Positions 1 to 9,800 of a DNA stretch of 64,000 bases are shown here, piece by piece; positions within the stretch are counted from its first letter, which is position 1, and the number at the start of each line of letters is the position of its first letter. This DNA is from an uncultured Pseudomonadales bacterium (lineage in GTDB: Bacteria > Pseudomonadota > Gammaproteobacteria > Pseudomonadales > Cellvibrionaceae): the NCBI GenBank assembly GCA_947489425.1, contig CANLDL010000005.1, positions 90,361 to 154,360 on the forward strand. Direction: 5' to 3'. A program made the position numbers and the translations under genes. The notes beneath the pieces are model-generated. The model had not been told where the DNA came from. It saw only the letters and a list, made by a program, of their open reading frames with translations, and searched no databases.

Positions 1-1
1 C

Positions 2-91
2 CGAAAATTGCTAACGCGTGCGGGAAATTTATGCGAAGTGAATGTTTTAGAAGATCCAGAGTACCGAGTAGCTTCAGATGAGCTAGGCTAG
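2..91 (+). CDS. 3-prime end of an unidentified gene entering from the left edge (partial)
   Basis: Frame 2 is open from the window edge to TAG at 89..91 (...EDPEYRVASDELG*). A hairpin terminator follows at 124..160. Too short to assign a family. Confidence 0.25.
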   Translation, partial: RKLLTRAGNLCEVNVLEDPEYRVASDELG

Positions 92-123
92 AGAATATTC
101 TTAGCTAAAAGTACTATCAATAA

Positions 124-160
124 AAATCGGCTAATATTACCAATGTTAGCCGATTTTTTT
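124..160. terminator. Bidirectional rho-independent terminator hairpin
   Basis: AATCGGCTAA (125..134) pairs with TTAGCCGATT (146..155) around an 11-nt loop. An A-run lies on the left and a T-run on the right, between two convergent gene ends. Confidence 0.7.
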
Positions 161-431
161 ATGCCTTATATAAAGTCAATAACCCAATAATAATAAAACC
201 AAGCCCTGCGGCATATTGTAGATACTTTGTATTGATATAATTGGATAATAAGTTGCCCGCCAACACACTAATGGCTGCAGAAAGAATCAACACAATAGAG
301 GCAATGATAAAAACCGTAAGCTTGCTAGCTTCTTGATCAGAGGCAAGTAACATAATAGCCAACTGGCTTTTATCGCCAAGTTCTGCAATAAAAATAGATG
401 TAAAAATTAATATAAATATTTTCCAGTCCAT
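159..431 (-). CDS. GDT1/TMEM165 (UPF0016) family small membrane protein
   Basis: 90-aa hydrophobic protein with the family signature E-x-G-D-K-S (AELGDKSQ) in the first helix. Confidence 0.75.
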   Translation of the reverse strand: MDWKIFILIFTSIFIAELGDKSQLAIMLLASDQEASKLTVFIIASIVLILSAAISVLAGNLLSNYINTKYLQYAAGLGFIIIGLLTLYKA

Positions 432-555
432 AATATCGACCTAGGTTTAAAATATTAATGGCAGCTCTTATCAACACCGAAATAATGTATTTTGTTATCT
501 CTACTAAAGCGCTATTAAAAATATTTATTGGCGGTAACTTTTTGTAAGTACTGTT

Positions 556-613
556 ATTGAGAGTGCTTTCATTGAGAGTGCTTTCATTGAGAGTACTTTC
601 ATTGTGAGTACCC
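556..613. repeat. 15-bp tandem repeat, three full copies plus a partial copy, overlapping the alaA stop codon
   Basis: ATTGAGAGTGCTTTC at 556..570 and 571..585, ATTGAGAGTACTTTC at 586..600, then ATTGTGAGTACCC at 601..613. The last copy is the reverse complement of the final alaA codons (GYSQ*). Confidence 0.9.
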
Positions 614-1813
614 ATCAAAAAAATCACCCAAATGATTGATCGCTTCGGTCAAGTCGTTCTTGTGTGGCAAAAATACAATTCTAAAATGGTCGGGCTCTGA
701 CCAATTAAAACCAGTACCTTGTACTAGCAGTACTTTCTTTTTAACTAAAAAGTCTAAAATCCACTGTACATCGCTGGTGATATTAAACTTTTTAATATCG
801 ACTTTAGGAAACAAATACAAAGCACCTTTGGGTTTAACACAACTAATACCTGGAATACTTGTGACTAAATCATAGGCGGTGTCTAATTGCTCTTTTAAGC
901 GCCCACCAGGAAGGATGAGATCATTGATACTCTGATAGCCGCCAAGTGCAGTTTGTACACCCAGCATAGCAGGGCCATTGGCGCATAAGCGCATAGAGGC
1001 AAGCATGTCGAGCCCCTCTATATAACTTTGAGCGCGACGTTTATCACCAGTGATCACAAACCAGCCTGAACGAAACCCTGCTAAACGGTAAGATTTAGAC
1101 AAACCATTAAAGCTTAGGCAAAGTACCTCTTCACTGAGGCGGCTTAAGGGGATATATTCGGCGTCGTCATAGACAATTTTGCTGTAAATTTCATCGGCAA
1201 AAATAATTAAATCGTGTTCGCGAGCTAGCTCAATAATCTCTTTAAGTAAGGCCTCGCTATATACTGCCCCCGTTGGGTTGTTAGGGTTAATGACTACAAT
1301 GCCCTTGGTGTTGGGGGTGATCCTACTTTTAATATCGTCGATATCGGGGAACCAATCAGCTTGCTCGTCGCATTGGTAATGTACTGCATTACCCCCCGAT
1401 AAATTGACAGCGGCGGTCCATAACGGGTAATCGGGCGCGGGTATTAAGACTTCGTCACCTTCATTAAGTAATGCTTGCATGGCCATGACAATTAGCTCGC
1501 TGACACCATTGCCTAGATAGATATCATCAATACTGACATTAGGAATATTAAGGCGTTGTGCCTCGTGCATAATTGCCTTACGCGCAGAAAACAGTCCTTT
1601 GGACTCTACATAACCTTGGGCATCACGTAGATTGCTAATGACATCATGGATAATCTCGTCGGGTGCATCAAAGCCAAAGGGGGCAGGGTTACCGATATTC
1701 AGCTTAAGGATACGGTGGCCTTCTTCCTCAAGCTTTACCGCTTGTTGTAATATAGGCCCACGAATGTCATAACATACATCGGCAAGTTTGTTGGATTTAT
1801 CAATGGTTTTCAT
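599..1813 (-). CDS. alaA: Class I/II pyridoxal-phosphate aminotransferase, AlaA (YfbQ)-type glutamate-pyruvate aminotransferase
   Basis: 404 aa. N-terminus KLADVCYDIRGPI...LNIGNPAPFGF, the NPNNPTG motif and the PLP-lysine context SFNGLSKSYRLAGFR are typical of AlaA/YfbQ-type enzymes. Confidence 0.85.
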   Translation of the reverse strand: MKTIDKSNKLADVCYDIRGPILQQAVKLEEEGHRILKLNIGNPAPFGFDAPDEIIHDVISNLRDAQGYVESKGLFSARKAIMHEAQRLNIPNVSIDDIYLGNGVSELIVMAMQALLNEGDEVLIPAPDYPLWTAAVNLSGGNAVHYQCDEQADWFPDIDDIKSRITPNTKGIVVINPNNPTGAVYSEALLKEIIELAREHDLIIFADEIYSKIVYDDAEYIPLSRLSEEVLCLSFNGLSKSYRLAGFRSGWFVITGDKRRAQSYIEGLDMLASMRLCANGPAMLGVQTALGGYQSINDLILPGGRLKEQLDTAYDLVTSIPGISCVKPKGALYLFPKVDIKKFNITSDVQWILDFLVKKKVLLVQGTGFNWSEPDHFRIVFLPHKNDLTEAINHLGDFFDGYSQ

Positions 1814-1993
1814 TAGCGTAAACTGCTTATAGCCCTTTTGTTAACGGTAGGTCTTTAATTATCGCTGAGCAGATAGTGTAAAGTAATAAAACTAAATAAG
1901 GTTAAATGAGTCAATCACAGGTACTTAGTTGTTATGTAGTACAGATACTAAACAGATAGATAATTAGCCAAATAAAAATAGTAGAGAGTTATT

Positions 1994-2389
1994 ATGTCAG
2001 AGAACAACATGAAAGACGATGCGCAGTACAAACAAAAGCTAACAGCTGAGGAATACCGTATTTGCCGCGAAAAGGGCACAGAACGTGCTTTTACAGGCTG
2101 TTTTTGGGATACCAAAACCGATGGTACCTACTTGTGCAAATGTTGTGGTGAAGTACTATTTAGCTCCGATACCAAATATGACTCGGGCTCTGGCTGGCCA
2201 AGCTTTTATGAGCCAGCAAAAGACGATGTGATTTTAGAAGAAACTGACTCGACACTCGGTATGAGCCGCACAGAAGTTATGTGCAATAAATGCGGTAGCC
2301 ATTTGGGTCATGTCTTTCCTGATGGGCCAGCACCAACGGGTTTGCGCTACTGTATTAACTCTGCCTCACTTGAACTAAAAACTGATTGA
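1994..2389 (+). CDS. msrB: Peptide-methionine (R)-S-oxide reductase
   Basis: 131 aa with two CxxC pairs (CKCCGE, CNKCGS) and the catalytic RYCINS motif of MsrB/SelR. Confidence 0.92.
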   Translation: MSENNMKDDAQYKQKLTAEEYRICREKGTERAFTGCFWDTKTDGTYLCKCCGEVLFSSDTKYDSGSGWPSFYEPAKDDVILEETDSTLGMSRTEVMCNKCGSHLGHVFPDGPAPTGLRYCINSASLELKTD

Positions 2390-2397
2390 TAATAAGA

Positions 2398-3102
2398 ATG
2401 AGTAAGTTTATGAGCAATATTGTTTTTTGGCAGGCAGGTTTGTTATTGCTATTGTGTGTAAGCGTTGTTGGCTTACGTATAGAGCTTATCCCTTTTAAAG
2501 CCTTCGGTGGTGTTTTTGGTTTAAGTTTGCTTGCAAGCCTAATGCTCGCCCTTATTGTTTTATTTAAATTTATAACCGCTACTCATACAAATATACAGTA
2601 CGCAATAGTAGGTTTAATTATTGCGCTTGCTACTGTCGGTGGTGTTGCTTACTTACTTAAACAAGTAAGCAGTGTTCCACGTATACATGATATAACAACC
2701 AACCTTACTGACATTCCACAATTTACAAAAGCGTTAGAGCAGCGCAAAGCCAGCGACAATTCATTGGTCCACGACGAAAAAGTTGCCAAACAACAACGAG
2801 CGGCTTATCCAGATTTAGCGACCTTGTCTAGTCAACTATCTTTCGATGAGTCTGTAAAAAAAGCGACGAAAATTGCTCAACAACTCGGCTGGAGGGTACA
2901 TTTTCTTGATGAAAAAAACGGACTAATAGAAGCGACTCACATCAGTACTTTATTTGGTTTTGTCGACGATATTATTATTCGTATTAAATATGCCGATGGC
3001 CAATCCCAAATAGACCTCCGGTCTGCATCCAGAGTGGGCGAGAGTGACTTGGGTGCTAATGCTAAGCGAATAAAAGCCTTTAGTATTTTATTTGGGCAAT
3101 GA
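2398..3102 (+). CDS. DUF1499-like membrane protein
   Basis: N-terminal transmembrane helices followed by a C-terminal domain ending ...RSASRVGESDLGANAKRIKAF, which I recall as DUF1499-like. The ORF track starts at TTG 2386, overlapping the msrB stop. ATG 2398 (MSKFMSN) is more likely. Confidence 0.6.
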   Translation: MSKFMSNIVFWQAGLLLLLCVSVVGLRIELIPFKAFGGVFGLSLLASLMLALIVLFKFITATHTNIQYAIVGLIIALATVGGVAYLLKQVSSVPRIHDITTNLTDIPQFTKALEQRKASDNSLVHDEKVAKQQRAAYPDLATLSSQLSFDESVKKATKIAQQLGWRVHFLDEKNGLIEATHISTLFGFVDDIIIRIKYADGQSQIDLRSASRVGESDLGANAKRIKAFSILFGQ

Positions 3103-3348
3103 CTACAGATTTAACGATTATTGATGCAGGTCAATAATCTTCCCTTCCTTTGTAGTTACCATAACGACAACCCTTATTACTTGTTGCAAACATTATATGC
3201 AATGTTTTGTAATGCAAAATCTATGAATAGTTTAAAGTGATTGCTCTAAGTTGATAAATAGTTAAAAGGTATTGGCTGTTTTGAATCAATGCCTTGTATG
3301 ATCGCTTTTAAGGATATGGGCCTCTCACCGATAAATGGATAGTATCTC

Positions 3349-3777
3349 TTGATAAAAAATTTTTGGTTATACGCAGCGATTTTTTTATTTTTTGTATTTG
3401 GTTTGCTTGGTATTAGTATTTGGCAAACCGACAAGACATCATCTTTTAATAAACAGGCTGCTAACAGCTCTTATTCTTCTGCCTCTCAATCTCAACATGC
3501 AAAAGCATCGTCCGGTGAATTGTCAGCCAATGCGCCAGCGCCTGCAAAAAAATTACAAAAACTTCTTGATGATGCAGAGCAACCACTAACAGTGGATGCA
3601 GAATTACAAGAAAAAATTCAGATACTCGATAATACGTTAGCTGATATAGATGCCGAGCTTCACACTAAAGGGCTGAGCACTTCGGATTTAACAGCTACAA
3701 AAACAACACCAGTTGCACCCGATACACAAGCTCGACTACAAAATATTAAAAACCACTTAAAAAATAAACAACAATAA
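3349..3777 (+). CDS. Hypothetical membrane-anchored protein with Ser/Gln/Ala-rich and helical regions
   Basis: TTG start, one N-terminal hydrophobic helix (FWLYAAIFLFFVFGLLGISIW), then low-complexity and coiled-coil-like sequence. No family recognised. Same strand as the toxin gene and just upstream of it. Confidence 0.4.
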   Translation: MIKNFWLYAAIFLFFVFGLLGISIWQTDKTSSFNKQAANSSYSSASQSQHAKASSGELSANAPAPAKKLQKLLDDAEQPLTVDAELQEKIQILDNTLADIDAELHTKGLSTSDLTATKTTPVAPDTQARLQNIKNHLKNKQQ

Positions 3778-3837
3778 TAAAAAATTAAATAAAAACTAAT
3801 AAAGACAAAACTAGGTAAAAGGAAACAAGGACAGGTC

Positions 3838-6800
3838 ATGCTAAACAAATCTATTGCTTTTATAGTGATAGCATTCTCTATTGCTATTTCAGTGTCTACC
3901 TCTGCACAAACAACTACCGTTGTTGGCGCCACCCCAGCAGAATTTAATGTCTCTAACGGTACAGCTAATTACTCAATTCCTATTGCTGTAGCGCCGGGGC
4001 GTGGAGGTATGCAGCCGGAACTATCGCTAAATTATTCCAGTGGTGCTGGTAATGGTGTACTTGGTTTAGGTTGGAGTTTAGGTGGCTTATCGGCTATTAG
4101 CCGTTGCTCAGCAACTATTGTGCAAGATGGTTTTAACCGTGGAGTTAGCTTTGATGCAACCGACCGCTATTGTTTGGATGGTCAACGTTTAATACCTATT
4201 AATGGCGCTAACGGTGGTATTGGCACCGAGTATAAAACAGAGATCGATGGTTATTCTCAAATTACATCTGTTGGTGGTGCTGTTAACAATCCTGCGACTT
4301 GGGTAATTAAAACTAAAGCAGGGCAAGTGATTACGTTTGGTGGTGCGGGAGATGCCACCCAAAGCCTTCCTCAGGGTAATTTAAACTGGTCTGTAAGAGA
4401 AATTAACGATACAACCGGTAATAACCCCATTACTTACACTTATTTTATTGATCAAAATAAACAGTATTTAGATGAGATTGGTTACGAAGGGGGTAATGTC
4501 AATTTCGTTTATGAGCAACGTGCAGATATTAAAGAGTTCTTTTTCTCTGGCGCGAGGATACTTGAGAGTAAACGTATTTTAGAGGTGCAGTCCTTTGTAG
4601 GTAACAAACTCTTTAAACACTATCAAGTTGATTATTCAAACATCGGTGCAAATGCAATCTCAGCGGTCAGTTCTATTAATGAGTGTGATAATAATAATCA
4701 ATGTATAAGCCCAATAATTTCTAATTGGGGAGATACTGGAATTGATGAATTTGCTAGTTTAACGACCAGTGTTCCTTCAGCTTCGGGTAATTACGGTGCT
4801 AATGGTTATTCGTTCCAAGGGCTGCATGATACGAATGGTGATGGTTTGGCTGATGCTGTCTGGGCGTATGCAGGTACAACGACGAACTGGGGAACACGTG
4901 TCGCAGTGAGTTTATCGCAGGGAGATGGTACTTATGCGCCTTTACAAGTGAGTGTTCCGTCGACTTCAGGTAACTACGGCTCTGGTGGTTATTCATTTCA
5001 AGGTATGCATGATACAAATGGTGATGGTCTAGTGGATGCTGTTTGGGCTTATGCAGGTACAAACACCAATTGGGGTACACGCGTTGCGGTGAGTTTATCG
5101 CAGGGAGATGGCACCTATGCGCCTTTACAAGTGAGTGCGCCGTCGACCTCAGGAAATTATGGTTCAGGTGGTTATTCGTTCTATGGTATGCGAGATATCA
5201 ATAGTGATGGTCGTGCTGATGCGGTATGGATTTTTTCGAGTACAACTTCAAACTGGGGAACAGGAGTTGCGGTAAGTTTATCCCAAGGAGATGGTACTTA
5301 TGCACCTTTACAAGTAAGTATGCCGTCGACCTCAGGAAATTATGGCGCTGGTGGTTATTCGTTTCGAGGTATGTACGATACTAATGGTGATGGTTTACTT
5401 GATGCTGTTTGGGCCTATGCAGGTACAACTACCAACTGGGGTACACGCGTTGCAGTAAGTTTATCGCAAGGAGATGGTACCTATGCGCCTTTACAAGTGA
5501 GTGTGCCTTCGACCTCCGGTAATTACGGGGCAGGTGGTTATTCATTTCAGGGCATGCATGATACCAATGGTGATGGTTTAGTTGATGCTGTTTGGGCCTA
5601 TGCGGGCACAACTACCAATTGGGGTACACGCGTTGCGGTAAGTTTATCGCAAGGAGATGGCACTTATGCACCTTTACAGGTAAGTGTGCCGTCGATCTCA
5701 GGTAATTATGGCGCTGGTGGTTATTCATTTCAGGGTATGCACGATACTAATGGTGATGGTTTAGTTGATGCTGTTTGGGCCTATGCAGGCACAACTACCA
5801 ATTGGGGTACACGCGTTGCGGTAAGTTTATCAAAGGGGAATGGTACTTATGCGCCTTTACAAGTAAGTGCGCCGTCGACCTCAGGAAATTATGGCGCTGG
5901 TGGTTATTCGTTCTATGGTATGCAGGATATTAATAGCGATGGCCTTGCCGATGCAATATGGGTTTATTCGAGTACGACGGCGAATGGAGGTGTGCGGCTC
6001 GCGGTGAGTTCGTCTCAGGGGGATGGTACGTATGCGCCTCTATATGTGAGTACGCCTTCGGTCTCGGGCAATTACGGTGCTAATGGTTATTCGTTCCAAG
6101 GGGTACACGATACTAATGGTGATGGTTTAGCGGATGCTGTCTGGGCATATGCAGGTACAACGACGAATTGGGGGACACGGGTTGCAGTGAGCTTATCTCA
6201 GTTAAAAACCCCTCGGCTTGAAGAGATCACCGACTCAAACAACAACGTCACATCACTCACTTACAAATCCCTAACAGACCCCTCTGTCTACACCAAAGGC
6301 ACTGGTGCGCAATTCCCCGTTGTGGACCTGCAATACCCGCAATATGTCGTCAGCGAGGTCGAAACCAGTGATGGCATTGGTGGTACTCGTACCGTTAATT
6401 ACCAATACGAAGGGTTAAAAACTCATGTGCAGGGCCGTGGCTCTTATGGGTATTCAAAAATAACCGAGACTCATGTAGAAACCGAAAAAACAAGCGTTAC
6501 CGAGTACGATCAAACGGGTTTCCCGTTTATTGGTAATGTTAAAAAAGTCACCGAGCTGTATCAGGGTAATGTTATTAACGAAGCGGTGAATACCTATTTA
6601 CAAACCCCAACAGGCACGGCGAGTACAGCTGTTGCGATGGCAACATCGGTTCAAAAGAGCTACGAGCTAGGTTCTACTCAACCAGTCACTACAGTGACCA
6701 CCAACTACGATAATATCGATACCTACGGTAATATTGGCCGAGTCACCGTTGCCACAACGGGTGATGGTCAAACCTTTACTAAAATCACCGATAGTACCTA

Positions 6801-9800
6801 CGATAATGATACCGCTAACTGGTACTTGGGCCGCCTGAGAGAAGCAGAGGTCACTCACCAAAGCCCCTATGGGCCCGATGATCAACGTCGCTCGGCGTTT
6901 ACTTACGATGCCACTACCGGTTTATTAAAAACCGAAAGCATTATGAGTATTGCAACGGGCTTGCCATTAACGACAACCACCAATACCTACGATGCCTATG
7001 GCCAAAAAACACAAGTCGCTATCTCTGCCGATAGTGAGACAGACCGTACCAGTACCACCGCCTACGATACTAATGGCTGGCCAACGCAAAGTTGTAATGC
7101 CCTTAATCAGTGTGAGAGCTATACCTATACGCTAGAGGGTTGGCTTGCTAGTACCACCGGCCCCAATGGCATTACCACCAGCTGGGGATACGATGGCTTT
7201 GGCCGCAAAATACTAGAGAACCGTGCAGATGGTACACAAACCACCATTGGCCGCCACTTTGCCAGCAGTGGTCAGTGTGGCGAGTTAGTCTCGTCGTTGG
7301 TATATACCTGCTCGGTCACTCAAAGCAGTGGTACGCAACCCGTTATTATGCAATACGATGCACTGGGCCGTGAGCTTCGGACCATCAAGCAAAGTTTTGA
7401 TGAGCGCCTAGTGTATAGCGATACTGTGTATAACAAACTAGCGCAAGTAGAGCGTGTCAGCCGCGACTACTATAGTGGCGACCATATCTATTGGGCCACC
7501 AGTGAGTACGATGCACTGGATCGTATTACCCGTATGACCGAGCCCGGCCCCCACGGTGCAAGAAACGAGATCATTACCCAATACAATGGTTTAACAACCA
7601 CGGTTATATCAGGTCCAGAGCAGCGAGCCAAAACCACTACCACCAATGCCATTGGCCAAAAGATCCGCATAGATGAAGAAGAGGGCACTTATACTGAGTA
7701 TACCTACAATAGCGATGGCAACTTACTCACCACACAGGTAGCCAGTAACGCCGATACCATTATTACCCTGAGCTACGATGAGTTTGGCCGTAAAATTGGT
7801 ATGGACGACCCCGATATGGGGCAGTGGAGCTATAGTTACAATGCCTTTGGCGAGTTGGTTAGCCAAACCGATGCGAAAAATCAAACCGCCACCATGCAAT
7901 ACGATATATTGGGTCGTTTGATTAATCGTACCGAGCCCGAAGGCGTGAGTACTTGGGTCTATGGTGATGCCAACACCTCAAGCCCTGCTCCGGTAGGCAG
8001 TATCGGTAAGCTGTTATCCGAGAGTGGCAATGGCCTTACTAAAGATTACAGCTACGACAGTTTAGGTCGCCCAGTCAGTGTTACCACCACTATCGATAAT
8101 ATAGCAGCGCCTAATCAGCCAGTATTGGCCCAAAGCTTTACCACCGAGACCAGCTATGACAGCTTGGGTCGCGTAAAACGCACCACCTACCCAGGAAGCG
8201 AGGGCTTTTATACCGAGAACCAATACAACATCAATGGCTTTTTAGCGGCAGTTACGGGCTTACGCGCACAAGCAGAAAGCCACGATTATAGCCAACTTGC
8301 TCCACTGGTGAATGACGCAACCATACTCGCAGGCGACTACCTCACAAAAGCCAACGAGTTACGTACCTTAGGGCAATACTATCAATCACAAATTGCTTAC
8401 TACCAGTCACTTACGGGTGTGGGGGCAATTACGGCGGGTTTACAAACAAACCTTAGTCAACACCAAACGGCGCTATCGGCAACAGTAACTCAGGGGCAAA
8501 ACCTATCGCCTGAGTTTTTGGGCCATTTAAATAACACTATCATTGAACTACAAACAGTGACGGGGCTACTAACGACTCAAACCCAAAGTTACGAGGCCTT
8601 GGCCGAGCAACTTATTGTACTCGCCGAGCAAACCTTGGCAGCCGCAGATCACAGCTTTCAATTTGCAAGAACACTCGATCATGCAGCAGAGGATTACACC
8701 GAGTTCGCCAGCGAGAGCAATACCAATACCATTACCTACTGGCGTGCAGTGGATGTCGATGCCTCGGGCCGTATCAGTGCCGAGGTTTACGGTAATGGCA
8801 TCGTCAACGACTACGCCTACAACCAAGGTACAGGCCAATTACAAAGTATTCACAGTAGCCTGTTAATCGTCGATCCTATCAGGCATTTAGAGTATCAGTA
8901 CGATGCCTACAATAACGTCACCCTGCGTGATGATTTGATCAACGATATTCACGAGACTTACGAATACGATAGGTTAGACCGCCTAACGGCCACTCATGTG
9001 AATAGTAGCCTCTATAATGGCATTACTGACCTTAATAATACCCAAAGCCTTACCTACGATGTCTTGGGCAATATTACTCATAAATCCGATGTGGGTGCTT
9101 ATACCTATGGTGGAGGCGTAAATGGTACAGTGGGTCCACATGCAGTGGTGCAAGCGGGGAGTAAAGCATACTCATACGACGCCAACGGTAATATGACCGG
9201 TGGTGACGGCCGCACCATCATTTGGAGTAGCTTCAATAAACCCACCCATATTACTCGTAGTAATAGCTCGGCGAGTGGCAATACGACCTCCACGGATGGA
9301 GGAAGTGCTGGAAACGCATGGAGCAGTTTCCAGTACGGGGCAGACCGTGCACGCTTTAAAAAGGTGAATCATAAAAACGATGTCACCCTTTACTTAGGTA
9401 TGTACGAGCAGCACACAAGAGATAACGGCCAAGAGCTTGAGAAAAAGCACTACATCTATGCAGCAGGGCAGCTAGTGGCCGAGCATATCGTTATCGATAA
9501 GCAAAATGTGCCTAAAGTGACGCAAACGCGTTACTTACACAAAGACAGCTTGGGCAGTGTCGATCTTGTCACCGATGCCTACGCTAACGTAGTGGATCGC
9601 CGTAGCTTCGATAGCTGGGGTAAATTGCGTGAACTACCGTGGAAGGCGAATGCCACCTTGGACGACCCTTTGTATCTCACCCAATTGCCTTACACCAATA
9701 AAGGCTACACCGGGCACGAGAATGTACAAGAGGTCGAGCTGATTCATATGAACGGCCGCATGTACGATGCCACCTTGGCACGTTTTATTAGCGCCGACCC

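Noticed and set aside
370-627. 85-aa minus-strand ORF containing STLNESTLNESTLN
   Set aside because: The peptide repeat is just the translation of the 15-bp tandem DNA repeat. The ORF overlaps the ends of alaA and the GDT1-family gene and has no coding signal of its own.
4799-5611. His/Pro-rich antisense ORFs inside the FG-GAP repeat array
   Set aside because: They are repeat-induced open frames on the opposite strand. They recur only because the 183-bp unit recurs. The sense frame is unambiguous.
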